Shown in pieces: positions 40,961 to 63,757 of a stretch of 64,000 nt of DNA. Each line of letters opens with the position of its first letter. Within the stretch, counting starts at the first letter, position 1. This stretch comes from the human T2T-CHM13v2.0 reference genome, Homo sapiens. The stretch lies in the NCBI RefSeq assembly GCF_009914755.1, contig NC_060929.1; one strand, given 5' to 3'. The notes below the pieces were generated by a model. It made no database searches, was not told the DNA's origin, and was given only the letters and a program-made list of their open reading frames with translations. The position numbers and the translations under genes were made by a program.

Positions 40961-42644
40961 TCACGTTTCAAACTGTGTCAACAAAGCCCGCACTTCGGGG
41001 GTCAGCTGCTTGGCAGCCTTAGCTGCCTCTGTGATAGCCTTGCGATACAGGCCCTTTCTCTTCTTATTAAAGCGTGACTGGAAGTTTTCTAAAAAGGGGG
41101 AGAGTTGTGAAAGAGCAAGGAAAGATGTTGTTGGAGACCCAAACCATGAAATACGGGCCTCCTGTCGGACTAAAAGGCCGTTATCTTTCCGGCTCACAGT
41201 TATAGTAAGAATACGGGCTGGCCACCAAGGGAAGCCATATATCTTGGCCCAAACAATGTCCCCTACACATATGGTCCTGCCATCTGGTGTGACGCATTTA
41301 GAGACGTTTTTGGAAAAGACTTTCATTTTCAAGGAATTACTGAGCTTTTTCTCTTCCTTTGAAGAGGAGGAAGTGGAGGAGGTGGAAGGTGCATGCATAC
41401 TGCCTGGAGGAAAATCAAAGCTTTCAGAAGAACTACACTCAGAGTTGGAAGATTTCAAATCATCTGTGCTATCAATGCTACACACTGAAGCACTGGAAGA
41501 GTCAGATTTCTTTTGATTTAGGGTCATATAAACAGAGATATTGTTTTTGCTGCCCTTTTTGCCCAATGTCTGTGGTTCATCCTGATCACCAGGCACATGC
41601 ACTTCATTTGTGTCCTGAACCTCACTGCTGGCCTCTTCAGGGCCTTTTGAGGGACTCTGATTTTCTGAAGGGGCCTCACCTGCTGAGCGGGTAGAGGTGC
41701 AGCGAGACTGGGGCTTGGGTGCCATCTTGCCACTCCGCATTTTCTCAAGTCCTGTCTTCAGAGAAGAGTCATTTTCTTCATTCCTGTACCTCTGTGGTTT
41801 TAAACGAACCCGGGGTGGAAGGGAACCTGAGCTAGGATTCTGATATCGACGTGTGAAATGGACTTTTGAATGTGCATTTTTGGAAGTAGAGGTTTCATTT
41901 TGCTTCTTTTGTGCCTTTTCTTTGGCAATTTTTAACACTTCCCGAGCTTTCGCATGATCCATGTTCTTACTCTGGAGAACTTTTTTAGTACTTAACTGAG
42001 CTTTTGATGTATTTGCCTGAGCAGAAACTTTTACTACTCTGCCTCTGCTGTGAGCAATATTTGAAACCTTAACCACAGCATTTCTTTTCTGGCTTTCATT
42101 TTGGTTTTTCCCATCCACTTTATGGTCAGTTTTCAGTTTTTTGTTCACAGTAGTTACACTTTCATTTCTCCGTTTTTTATCTTCATATTTAGAAGAGTCA
42201 GTTGCACTACTACCTTTTCTAATTTCCTTTTTCTCAGCAACAACACTGTTTTTACATTTATCACACAGAACTTGCCTGGGTCGTAGTTTAATAGCATTCA
42301 TTATTGAAGTGGGTTCTTCCCTGTACATTTTTCGTTTGGGTCGCTTAATTTTCCGAGGAGGTGGCTGAGGTATTGATTGGTTATATGTGTCCCTGATAAA
42401 CAAAGGGGGAGGATAAGGTGCTCCTTCATGGAAGAGAGGTGGTGGTTTGGAAGTCCACAGGCTTTCAGCCAAGCTCAGCTCGGGATGCGGGACAGGAGAA
42501 GGGTCATCGGGAACAGCACCATTTGCTTCACACTTGACTTCTGTCCCTTCTTGGAATGTATTACTTTGGAGCGGCATGGCTTCTGGTTTATCCTTATATT
42601 CCCTTTTGGGAAATACTGTCACAGGGATACCATGGGGCCCAAAC
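40961..42644 (-). CDS. PWWP2A: PWWP2A exon 2 coding region, long terminal form: 560 codons plus stop, ending in the PWWP domain
   Basis: The 553-aa ORF extends upstream to a strong acceptor (ttcttccatttctttcaaAG|G; AG at 42646-42645), reading FGPHGIPVTVFPKREY.... It has a Pro-rich segment, Lys-rich and Ser-rich regions, and C-terminal VGDIVWAKIYGFPWWPARI...LLTQFET*. Recognised as PWWP2A. The ORF-track 'M' is an internal GTG. Confidence 0.97.
40990..41280 (-). other. PWWP2A: PWWP domain coding segment (H3K36me3/nucleosome reader)
   Basis: Literal F-P-W-W-P motif at ~41220-41234 in a GDIVWAK..PWWPA context. Domain limits are approximate. Confidence 0.9.
41674..41682 (-). promoter_or_regulatory. 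PWWP2A: Internal 5' splice site in PWWP2A exon 2 (CAG|GTGAGG), defining a 965-nt internal exon 41680-42644
   Basis: Near-consensus donor after ...STRSA codons. Its phase 1 matches the acceptors at 29325 and 26723. Confidence 0.85.
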
Positions 42645-43344
42645 CTTTGAAAGAAATGGAAGAAAAAAAGAAGACATTAAGTTAACATCTATAATTCAAT
42701 TTCTTAAACGTAAACAACATCTGATGCTTATTTATATAACCTTTCCCGAAAACTATTTCATATTAAAAAACAAGACTACAAAAATCTACTATCTCTTCCC
42801 CCAAAAGTCCAAAGACCTTCATTTCTTTAGGTTCTACATTTTTGGTAAAAACAAACAGCTGCCCTAAGCAATGACAGAATAGTTGACTATACTTAAAGTA
42901 GATATTTCCAGTCTTGAATCAGAATGTTTTCTCAGATAGCTTTATGTTAAGCATCACATACATTACATTCACTGAACCATATACAACATTTTCAGTAAAT
43001 GCAGCTACAACTTTGTGAAACACACATATATTTCTTCCTCTGGTTATAACAGCTTTCAAAACCTCCACAAAGCAAATTCAGCCTTAACTATCCAAAACTA
43101 CTTAATGAGTAAAATCCCATCTCAACTTTATTGGTTAATCACTGAAGATTCAAAGAAAGTTGCTCTTTTACTCTTGCATCCTAACTAGTTACCTATTCTG
43201 TCTCCCAAAACACAAAAATATCAAGAACTCAGATACTCAAACTACTTCCAAAGCAAACAGTTACAGAGCTGTGGCTTTCTTTTTAAATCATCTCACATTA
43301 AGAAATATATTTGCATTGCAATCCAATAAAAACACTTAGGAATG

Positions 43345-49210
<5,866 letters not shown>

Positions 49211-49414
49211 ACAATAATATCCAGATTCATTTTATTTTGAGCCAATGATTTTAGAAACTACCTTGCCTTACAAACAGCAGCAAACTAAATCACGGAAGAG
49301 GTAAAACTGAAGCAAGCTTATTGTGGTTCATATTTCATCTCTTTGTGAGACTGGTTACGATGTCAAAGTTTAACCTGAGAAAAAATGAAATAGCTAAATG
49401 CAAAAGAAAATTTT

Positions 49415-50270
<856 letters not shown>

Positions 50271-50434
50271 TTTAAAAATGTGCATCTAAGACAGGCATGC
50301 CCATAGTCCAAAGTATTTAGGAGGCTAAAACAGAAGCATCACTTGAGCCCGAGTTCGAGGCCATCCTGGGCAACATAGAAAGAACCAACTATTAAAAAAA
50401 AAAAAAAAAATGCGTGGCCGGCCACTGGGGCTCA

Positions 50435-50695
<261 letters not shown>

Positions 50696-52838
50696 TCAAA
50701 AAAAAAAAAAAAAAATGCAGCCAGGTGTAATGGCTCACGCTTGTAACACTTTGGGAGGCCAGGCAGGTGGATCACCTGAGGTCAGGAGTTCAAGACCAGC
50801 CTGGCCAACATGCTGAAATCCCATCTCTACTAAAAATACAAAAAATTACCCAGGGGTGGTGACAGACACCTGTAATCCCAGCTACTTGGGAGGCTGAGGC
50901 AGGAGAATCACTTGAACCAAGGAGGCGAGTTTACAGATCATGCCACTGCACTCCAGCCTGGGCAACCAGGCGAGACTCCATCTCAAAAAAAAAAAAAAAA
51001 AAAAAAATGCAGCCAGGCATGGTGGCTCAAGCCTATAATACTAGCTAATCAAGAGGCTGATCACTTGAGGCCAGGAGTTTAATTAAGTCCAGCCTGGGCA
51101 ACACAGTGAGACCTGATCTCATAATTAAGTAAAAAATTAAAATATGAAACAATGAAAAAAATAAATGTATATCTAGCTAAATATAGAGGGGAAAGTTTTA
51201 TGAGAAGCAGTACATTGGTAAAGAATTATTAGTGCAAGGGAAACAGTAATTACATAGCGGAGAAACAGGACAACACCCTAACTTGAGGGAGAATCAAAGT
51301 ACACATTGCCAATGAGGGCACATGGCTATCATGGGCCTGCAGATGTGGTGTTCCGAGAACACAACATTGCCTGCATAACCTAAATCTCTCAGGAGTAAAT
51401 ATCAGGCAAATCCAAATTGAGGAACAGTCCTTATTACATAATTGCTACATAATTATATTGCAAGTAAATGTAATACATAATCATTTACTAGAGAATAAAA
51501 AACACATTGAAGGAAATTTTTATCGGAAAAATTGAAGAAATAATGAAACATGAGATACAAAGTAAAGTACTCTATCAATGTTTCTTTAATTTGAAAACTA
51601 TACTGTGGCTATAGTTTTCCTTTGATCTTAGAAAAGAAATGCTCCAGCATAAGTAAAGGAGAATGATGTCTTCAACTCAGTCTCAAACAGTTCAGGAAAC
51701 AAATTTATTTACATAGAGAATGACAAATTAAATGTGGCAAAATGTTACAAATGAGTGACTCTAGAAAGAGTTTCCAAGAATTCTCTGCTATGTTTCAAAC
51801 TATCTAAAAATAAGAAGCTAAAAAAGTGTTTTTTAAAAGCATGAATTCAGTTTACTTAGTTCCACCAATACTTCTATGCAAAGAAAGCACACAAAAAAGA
51901 AAATCTATCCAACTTAAGTGGTAAATGCCAGCAAATTCACCTCAATTATCACTAAGCATAAGTCTATATGAAACACAGTGAGACCCCCATCTCTTAAAAA
52001 TAAATAAAATGTTTAAAAAACAAGTATGCTAACTGGTCTGATAGTATAAAACAGTCTCAGCCCTAGGACACAGCTTCAGTAGGTGAGACCAGAATGTACC
52101 AGTCAATGCCAAATGAGGTTACAGTCTTCGGAAGGAAATAAATCACCGTGGATTAGTGATCAGGAAATGGGCTTTGCAGGGAATGGGACCTAGAAAGGCT
52201 CAAGCAGATTAAGTGAAGAGCAAAACAGGGAGTGGTAAATGGTGAAGACTAGTTATCCATTCTGAATATTATTAAGGATTCAGAGGCTTACATAAGCAAT
52301 AAAATAAAGGTGATCCATCTGGCAGAAAAAGAGGAGGGCATGTTGGTGAGTGTGCCTGAGTGGAGAGGGCTGCCAGTTTAAGAGTATGATAGACGGAGAA
52401 TAACCAGTCTCTTAATAAGAAGGCTGGCTGGGAGCAGTAGCTCATGCCTGTAATCTCAACACTCTGGGAGGCCGAGGTGGGTGGATCACTTGAGACCAGG
52501 AGTTCAAGACCAGCCTGGCCAACGTGGTGAAACCCCACCTCTACTACAAATACAAAAAAATTAGAAGGGCCTGGCGGTGTGCATCCATAATCCCATCTAC
52601 TCAGGAGGCTGAGCCAGGGTAATCGCGTGAACCTGGGAGGCGGAGGTTGCAGTGACCCGGGATGCACCACTGCACTCCAGCCTGGGCAACAGAGTGAGAC
52701 TCTGTCTCAAAAAAAAAAAAAAAAAAAAAAAAAAAGAAATGAAAAAAGAAAAAGAGGAGACTGGCTGAGAGTGATAGCAATGGCTCATGCCTGTAATCCT
52801 AGCACTTTAGGAGGTTGAGGCCAGGAATTTTGAGATCA

Positions 52839-53024
<186 letters not shown>

Positions 53025-55523
53025 CTAAAAAAAAAAAAGGACAGAGAGAGAGGCTAGTGAAGTCTTCTGTCTAGTGATGTAATTAAATGTATCTAAATTA
53101 CTTTGTTAAAAACGTGGCCAGGCACAGTGGCTCACACCTGTAATCCTAGCACTTTGGGAGGCTGAGGCGGGTGGATCACCTGAGGTCAGGAGTTCTAGAC
53201 CAGCCTGGCCAACATGGCAAAACCCCATTTCTACTAAAAATACAAAAAAATTAGCCAGGCGTGATGGTGGATGCCTGTAATCCCAGCTACTCATGAGGCT
53301 GGCGCAGGAGAATTGCCTGAACCCAGGAGGCAGAGTTTGCAGTGAGCCAAGATCGTGCCACTGCATTCCAGCCTGGGCGACAGAGTGAGACTCCCTCTCA
53401 AAAAAAACAAAAACAAACAAACAAACTTAAAGCACAGCTATTCTAGTCTGATCCCATCATTTTAAAATTACAAAGAAGAACACAAAAATAATTCCCTTTC
53501 CCTTACATTCTCAAATATGAGCCCTTTTCAATAATGTTTAGAAAGCATACTGGTGGCCAGGCCTTGTGGCTCACGCCTGTAATCCAAGCATTTCTGGAGG
53601 CCAAAGCAGGAGTATCGTTTGAGCCTAGGTGTTCAAGACATTGTTGTTACTAAAAATAAAACAATTTACTAAAAATAAAACAATTAGCCAGGTGTGGAGG
53701 CACAGGCCTGTAGTCCCTGCTATTCAGAAGGCTGAGGCAGGAGGATCACTTGAGACCAGGAGTTCAAGGCTGCAGTAAGCTATGATCATGCCATTACACT
53801 CCAGCCTGAGCAACAGAGACTCTGTCTCTAAGGCAAAAAAAAAAAAAAAAAAAAAAAACAGGCTGGGCGCGGTGGCTCACAGCTGTAATCCCAGCATTTT
53901 GGGAGGCTGAGGAGAGTGGATCACAAGGTCAGGAGATGGAGACCATCCTGTGAAACCCTGTCTCTAATAAAAATATAAAAAATTAGCCGGGCACGGAGGC
54001 ACACGCCTGTAGTCCCAGCTACTCGGGAGGCTGAGGCAGGAGAATCGCCTGAACCTGGGAGGCAGAGGTTGCAGGGAGGCAGAGGTTGCAGCGAGCCGAG
54101 ATCGCGCCACTGCACTCCAGCCTGGTGACAGAGCGAGACTCCATCTCAAAAAAAAAAAAAAGAACAAAAATGGAAAAAAGAAAGCAAGCATGCCAGAAGG
54201 GGACTATAGGGACAAAACTTACCTACTAAAAGACTATAACAATTTCCTCATAAGCCATCAGCCCCAGGTGCTAATGAGAGAAAGAGAAAAAGATTAAGAA
54301 AGAGGTTACAGTGAGCCAAGATCGCACCACTGCACTCCAGACTGGGTGACAGAATGAGACGCCATCTCAAAAAAAAAAAAAAAAAAAAATTCCTCAAAGA
54401 AAGGTTACCTAACAACTTATTTTAGTCTGAAATCCTTTTCAAATTCAGTCATCCAGCACTTACTAAACACTGACCTGTGCTTAACAGGCTTCAAAGCTGA
54501 CAATTTGTACTTCCTCTTATGAACAAGTAGGTTTCACTACTGCCAAATCCAAGCCAATCAAGGCAAAACAGCATGCTATCTAATTTAAGACCCAGGACCA
54601 TGTAGAAGAAATATGATTTCCAAAAATGTCCAAAGTTCACTATATTGAACTGAAGAGCAATTTATGTTTACAGCAAATAGCTGTTGCCTGGTTGAGTGAG
54701 GAACAGAGAACTCTTATTTCTAACTGCCAGGTTAACTCCCCAGCAAAACTATAAACTAAGTGGTATGGCGAAATATAGTTAAGTACATTTTAATTAGAAC
54801 AAGGTTTTCAAACCCCGGAAAATTTTGTATCATTCAAAAAGGCATCTTGAATATATCTACTATTATCTACCATTTACAATTTTAGGCAATTTTGCTTAAG
54901 TAACCTCTGAGCCTTGGTGTCTATCTATGAAATGGGGATTAATAGAATTTACTTCAGCAGATTTGCCAGAGTTAAATGAAACAATGTAAACAAAGTATTT
55001 GGCACAGGACTTAGCACAGAAATTGAAAATACATAGTAGCTACTATAAAACACAGAAAGTAAAACTTGGCAACCTTCTTAGATTAAATATGCAGGAAAAA
55101 ATAAACAAAAATTTAAAACCTCACACATTAAAAAAACAAGAAATATGCAAAAAAGTGAAATTAAGTATTATAGGGATTATGAGTTTTAAAAGGCTAAAAT
55201 CCACTATTCTATAGTAAGTCAACTACATAAAATTGGTTCAAGGGTAAAGAAATGAAAATTATGGACTGCTTAAACTTATAGATTCAGGAAATCATTTGCA
55301 AGACTAATCACCAGCTCTACAATAAGGATTTAGATCAGCCACCCGAGTTGCCCATCCCCACATGATACATTGCTTAGTTTGTAATTATGTCTCATTGTTA
55401 ACTAACCATTAACCTTTTTTTTTTTTTTTTTTTTTTTGAGACAGAGTCTCACTCTTTCACCCAGGCTGGAGTGCAGTGGGGAGATCTCAGCTCACGCAAC
55501 CTTCACCTCCCAGGCTCAAGTGA

Positions 55524-55712
<189 letters not shown>

Positions 55713-56722
55713 TGACCGGCCTTAACCGGGAACCTTTAAAACAGGCTTAACAAATTGATTGTTCTATTAAATACTTTGGCAAACTACCCCCTAAAAATCA
55801 GTTATCTCCAAATATGGTCCAAGAATCTTCTGTATCAGAATCACTTTGTTTAAAATGCAAAATGATGGAATGAAGCTCAGAAATCTATGCACATTTCTTT
55901 TGACAACCACTGCCCAAAAGTGTTTAGTAAAGGCATTCTATATTAAATCTACCTAGAATATAACTTAATCTCCAATTACTTTCTTGCAATACCTGCCACT
56001 ACAACAAGCTTCTGTTCTGGTACTGTGTGTCTGAATTTACTCAAGAATTTAGGGAAAACAGGGTAAATAAATACCAGGAAATAATGATGCACTTTATAGA
56101 CAAAAATAACTACTAACACATCTTTCATTTTTTATCAATATGAAATTAACTCAGCCATTACAGTGAAGATAAGCACATAATATATAAACTCTTTAGTAGT
56201 CCCACAGAAAACCTGATCTTAGGAAGATTAGACCTTGTTTCAACAAGAGCTTTACTTTAAAATAGTACACAGTAAAGTACAGTCTTATTTACAGTAAGAG
56301 GTTGAAAACCTCATCAGAAACCCCAAGTCCAGGCCAGGCGCGGTGGCTCATGCCTGTAATCCCAGCATTTTGGGAGGCCGAGGCCAGGAGTCCAAGAGCA
56401 GCGTGGCCAATATGGTGAAACTCTGTCTCTACTAAAAATACAAAAATTAGCCGGATATGGTGGCAGGCACCTGAAATCCCAGCTACTAGGAAGGCTGAGG
56501 CACAAGAATTGTTTGAACCCGAAAGGCGGAGGTTCCAGTGAGCCAAGATTGCACCATTGCACTCTGGCCTGGGCGACAAAAGCGAGACCCATCTCAAAAA
56601 TAAAAAAAAAGGAAACCCCAAGTCCAATAAAACATGCCTAGCATAGTTTGTGTATAACACATCTAGTGTATAAAATATATTTTTAAGTTTTATTTTTAAT
56701 TCCATAATTTGTTACAGGATTA

Positions 56723-56797
56723 TTTTTTTTTTCTTTTTTTTCTAGAGTAGCTTCTCCATAGACAGAGCAGGGCTACCCCATAGGCAGAGTGGCCCGG
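56723..56797 (-). mobile_element. ~56-bp ERV1-LTR-like fragment (MER41/MER51/MER57-type motif) with poly(A) tail and TSD
   Basis: - strand CCGGGCCACTCTGCCTATGGGGTAGCCCTGCTCTGTCTATGGAGAAGCTACTCTAG followed by an A-rich tail. Flanks AGGATT(A/C)TTT at 56716-56725 and 56798-56807. Confidence 0.6.
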
Positions 56798-57457
56798 AGG
56801 ATTCTTTAGACTCAGAATGAAACCAGGTTTAATGCCCAACTAATAATCACTTCTGAAAAAGATCATATTAATGCAACATGCAATGGAAGAGCTCACTCTC
56901 AACACATACTGCACAGTAGTGGGCGTCCTAAAGCTGTGTGGGTCAGGGAGTGACTGGCACTTGCCTCTTCTCTGTTTCACTGTGTAAAGCCTTTATTGAC
57001 ATCTTGGCATATAAGCAGAATAATCACCAAAAAAATATTACTTATAATGTACCACAACACAATCATTCAAGCATACTACTTGAGGGCCTAAGTTCTCAAC
57101 CTGGACACTGTAGTATAAGCTACTGATACCACTACTCACTGCTTCACCAGAATGGCTGTATATTTTTCCCACCAAAAGTAGGGCTATTGCACCATACGTT
57201 TCATGGTCTCTGTAAAGAAAAGAAATCATTGTCTTGGTTTATATTTCCTCAAAAAACACGTAAATTTTCTACAAATTGCTTTCAAGAACTTAGTGAAAAC
57301 TGAAGTTTCCTAAGGAAATCATCAATTATTTTTAATCCAACAGTACCCCCATGTACACACACACAGTATTTGTAAAAACATCAATTCTGAAATACAGCTA
57401 GCTACCCCCTTTAATATGCACATACCACAAAATTAAAATGCCCAAGCATTTTTTTAA

Positions 57458-57897
<440 letters not shown>

Positions 57898-58352
57898 TAA
57901 ACCCTTACTTCATGATTCCTTATTTCCTGTCACATCCCCTGCTCCAAAAAAAAAAAAAATGATTCAGAAAGACCTTTCAGGATTTTTCACTTTTTTCCCC
58001 CCATTTAAAAGCTTCTGCAAGAAGATTTTTAAGGATTTCCAGGTGGCTTTATAACTATGAGGAGTGAAGAACTACCTCTTCAGAAGCCTGGGCTGAAGGC
58101 TTTTGCTCTTTGCAAATAGTCTTGAGTGGTTCAATTTTCTTATGTCTGCAATACTAAACTTAGGACTGTGTTTAAGGGATAGACCTAAAAGTTTGCCAGC
58201 AGGTAAGACATCCATAATCATTTCTACTGACCCAAAACAAGGAGAGGCTTTGAAGAGAGGCCTTGATAAGGCTGTGGTTCTTGCCCTTTCAGTTTGTTCC
58301 TGAGGGACAATAACTATTTTAAAACAAGGAAATGCAAGAGGATGCAACTGGG

Positions 58353-58357
58353 AAAAA

Positions 58358-58403
<46 letters not shown>

Positions 58404-58431
58404 ATATAATAATATATATATATATATATAT
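58353..58431. repeat. A-run plus interrupted (TA)n microsatellite
   Basis: Seen directly. Confidence 0.9.
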
Positions 58432-58629
58432 CCAGAATGTAAAAAATTCTACAAAGTCCATGGATTAACAGTAAATTGCAAGTGAATAAAAGTAACAGCA
58501 GAACTACAGATGAAAAGGACAAGAAAATTAACCAATTGCAATGTATGAGCTTTATTTGGATCCTAATTTGAAAACTGAACAGTCTTGAGCTATTAATTTT
58601 GACAGTCCTTTTTTTTTTTCTTTTTTTGA

Positions 58630-58871
<242 letters not shown>

Positions 58872-59134
58872 TAAGGTGCCCGGCCAACAGTCTGACATTT
58901 TAACAGTGACTGAATATTTGATGATATAAAAGGATTACTGCTATTATTTCAGGTGTAATAATGGTAGTAAGATTGTTGTTTTTAAAGTCCTTATCTTTTT
59001 AGATATCTGCACTGGCCGGACGTGGTGGGTCAAGCCTGTAATCCCAGCACTTTGGGAGGCCGCGGCAGATGGATCACCTAAGGTCGGGAGTTCAAGACCA
59101 GCCTGACCTACATGGAGAAACCCCGTCTCTTCTA

Positions 59135-59293
<159 letters not shown>

Positions 59294-60436
59294 TCAAAAT
59301 GAAATAAAATAAAATAAAAAAATAAAGTTCAACAAAAAGGCTGGGTGCAGTGGCTCACGCCTGTAATCCCATCATTTTGGGAGGCCAAGGCAAGCAGATC
59401 ACCTGAGGTCGGGAGTTTGAAACCAGCCTGACCAACATGATGAAATCCGTCTCTACTAAAAATACAAAAATTACCCGGGCTTGGTGGTACAAGCCTGTAC
59501 TCCCAGCTACTCAGGAGGCTGAGACAAGAAAATCACTTGAACCTGAGCAAGACTCTGTCTCAAAAAAAAAAAAAAAAAAAAAATGACACACCAATGACTT
59601 ATTATTTTGCCTATAATAATCACTTAGGCTGGGTGCAGTGACTCATGCCTGTAATCCTACCACTGTGGGAGGGCAAGGAGGGAGGATTACTAGTCACTTG
59701 AGGCCAGGAGGTTGCAACCAGCCTGGGCAACATAGCGAGACCCAGTTTCTACAAAAAATATATATATTTTTTTGAGACAGAGTTTTGTTCTTGTTGCCCA
59801 GGATGGAGTGCAATAGCATGATCTCAGCTCACTGCAACCTCTAACTCCCGGGTTCAAGCGATTCTCCTGTCTCAGCCTCCCAAGTAGCTGGGATTACAGG
59901 CACATGCCACTACGCCCGGCTAATTTTTGTATTTTTAGTAGTGACAGGGTTTCATCATATTGGTCAGGCTGGTCTTGAACTCCTGACGTCAGGTGATCTG
60001 CCCACCTCGGCCTCCCAAAGTGCTGGTATTACAGGCGTGAGCCACCGCGCCTGGCACTTTTTTTTTTTCTTAACTCGCCAGGCACAGCGGCATGAGATTC
60101 TAGTCCCAGGTACATGGGAGGCTGGGGTGGGAGGATCACTTGGACCCAGGAGTTCAAGGCTACAGTAAGCTATGATCACACGACTGCACTCCAGTCTCTG
60201 TGATAAAGTGAGACCCTATCTCTAAACAAATAAAATAATCATTAAGACAGTTTAGAATCCTGAAGGAATGCTTACTATATATCAAAATTTAAAAAGCTAA
60301 GATTAAGGACAAAATGAGAACAGGAAAACCCAAACTGAATTTGTAGGGTTAATTGATTATTCTCATCTGCTAGCATTTAGACTATTGTCATTAGACGTTG
60401 CTAATGAGCTCAGAAGCAGACAGGTAATTTAAACTA

Positions 60437-60787
<351 letters not shown>

Positions 60788-60811
60788 CTAGAGAATGCAT
60801 GCTTCACTTAA

Positions 60812-60934
<123 letters not shown>

Positions 60935-61010
60935 TGAGTAGCTGGGATTATAAGTGCATGCCACCACACCCAGATAATTTTTTGTATTTTTAGTAGAGAC
61001 AGGGTTTTGA

Positions 61011-61124
<114 letters not shown>

Positions 61125-63068
61125 TAAGTAAATACAATGCTCAACAAAATCTGATTTTAACCAGATACTAAAAATATCCTCAAAATTACTGTGTCATTTA
61201 TGGGCCAAAGAAAGCTACCTAGAAGATAGAAAGGAGGACATAACAAACCAGGGTAGTACAGGGAAAACCAGGCCACCTGGTCATTCTGTTCATTTTACAT
61301 ATAAACTGAGGCGTAAAGTTTGTTTGCTTGTGTCTAAGTGAACTGCCCAAAGCTAAATCAATTAGCCTAAGAACTAGGAAATGGAGCTTAGTAAGGCACA
61401 ATGATTTGCCCAAAGGCACAGTGCTAATAGGAGAGGCTAGTACCAATATTAGAAATTAAAGCCCAGGCCAGGAGTGGTGGCTCACACCTGTAATCCCAAC
61501 ACTTTGGGAGGCCGAGGAGGAGGATTACCTGAGGTCAGGAGTTCGAGACCAGTCTGGCCAACATGATGAAACACTGTCTCTACTAAAAATACAAAAAAAT
61601 TAGCCAGGCTTGGTGGCGTGCGCCTGTAATCCCAGCTACTCAGGAGGCTGAGGCAGGGAACTGCTTGAACCACGGAGATGGAGGTTGCAGTGAGCCGAAG
61701 TCCCACCACTGCACTCCAGCCTGGGTGACAGAAGCAAGACTCTGTGTCAAAAAAAAAAAGAAAAAAAGCCCAAGCACCTAACACTCTGTCCAGTCAATAA
61801 TTTACTATTTAGTACCACTTTCTTTTCTTTCTTGAGTTATGTATGTCCAGCTCCTTTTTTTTCACAGAATGATTCTCCTCAAAAATGTGTTCTCCAACCA
61901 AATAAATCTGAAAATAATGCAAAAAATAATAATACAACAGGGAGGGGAAGCATTTCAAATGATTACAAAAGCAGACTCTTAGTCATCCACACATATATTA
62001 AATCCTGTGTTCTAGACTCAAACACCTTTTCCACACAGTAGACAGCTCTTCCAATTTTACAAAGACATTTCTGTACCATGCATAACGTCAAGCATAAAAT
62101 ATGGAAGAAATTTATAAAAGCAATAACTAGTCCTTTTGAAGACTGAAGAAAAGCACAAATACATTACACATTTAGTCTCCCAAATGTTAATCTCATTGGA
62201 GGCAAGAACTAAAACTTCAGAGCTTACTATGTATTCCCCGGTATTCAGCTAAGGAACTAGTGGAGTCTCCGGAGCCAGGTTTCACAGCTTTTACCCAACT
62301 AAAGAATCTGCTTGGCTCCAACAACTATATCCTTTATATTATCTCCACAGAGGCAATGAAATCAAGAGAAGCACTAACTTTCAGAAATACGCAACTTTCA
62401 GAAACATGCCATTCTTTACTTTCTGCTTAAACTAAAACTTAGCCCAACTAGCTTTCTAATATGCAAGTAGAAAAAGCAAAGGTTTTAGAATGGGATCAAC
62501 CTACATCTGAATCTTGCTTTGCCACTTACAAGTTAACTGGCCAAATTAAATGAGCCTCCATTTCCTCCTGTGTAAATTAAAAACATTACCAAGGTTATAA
62601 AAAAACTAAAGCATGAGGTACAATGTCTAGCATATAATGGACCCTCATAGAAAGCTCCTAATTTTTACCTAGAGGTTGAATTCAATGGCCAAATAAGATA
62701 CAAATTACTTTAAAGCAACTGATGAATATGGCCTTAGTAGAGTCTAAAGTATCTTGGCTGAGTGCAGTGGCTCACACCTGTAATCCCAACACTTTGGGAG
62801 TGTAGAAATGGGAGGATGGCTTGAGGCCAAGAGTTCAGACCTGGCGCGGTGGCTCATGCCTGTAATCCCCAGCACTTTGGGAGGCCGAAGCAGGAGGATC
62901 ACTTGAGGTCAGGAGTTCAAGATGCGCCTGGCCAACATGGCGAAACTCCGTCTCTACTATAATCCCTTGAACCCTGGAGGCTCAGGTTGCAGTGAGCCAA
63001 GATTGCACTACTGCACTCCAGCCTGGGTGACAGAGCGAGACTGTCTCAAAAAAAAAAAAAAGAGTTCA

Positions 63069-63380
<312 letters not shown>

Positions 63381-63725
63381 TCAACCAGCCTGAGCAACAT
63401 GGTAAGACCCCCATCTCTACAAAAAATTTTAAAATTAGCCAGGTGTGGCCGAGTGCAGTGGCTCACGCCTATAATCCCAGCACTCTGGGAGGCCGAGGCG
63501 GATCACGAAGTCAGGAGTTCGAGACCAGCCTGGCCAATATGGTGAAACCCCATCTCTACTAAAAAATACAAAAAATTAGCCAGGCGTGCTGGCATGTGTC
63601 TGTAGTCCCAGCTACTCAGGAGGCTGAGGCAGAAGAATCACTTGAACCCGGTGGGGCGCAGAGGATGCAGAGAGCTGAGATCATGTCACTGTACTCCAGC
63701 CTGGGTAACAGAGGGAGACTCTGTC

Positions 63726-63757
<32 letters not shown>

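Noticed and set aside
40920-41516. 198-aa + strand ORF, and other short ORFs over 41359-42867
   Set aside because: Antisense or alternative-frame shadows of the PWWP2A coding exon, mostly with non-ATG starts and no independent signals.
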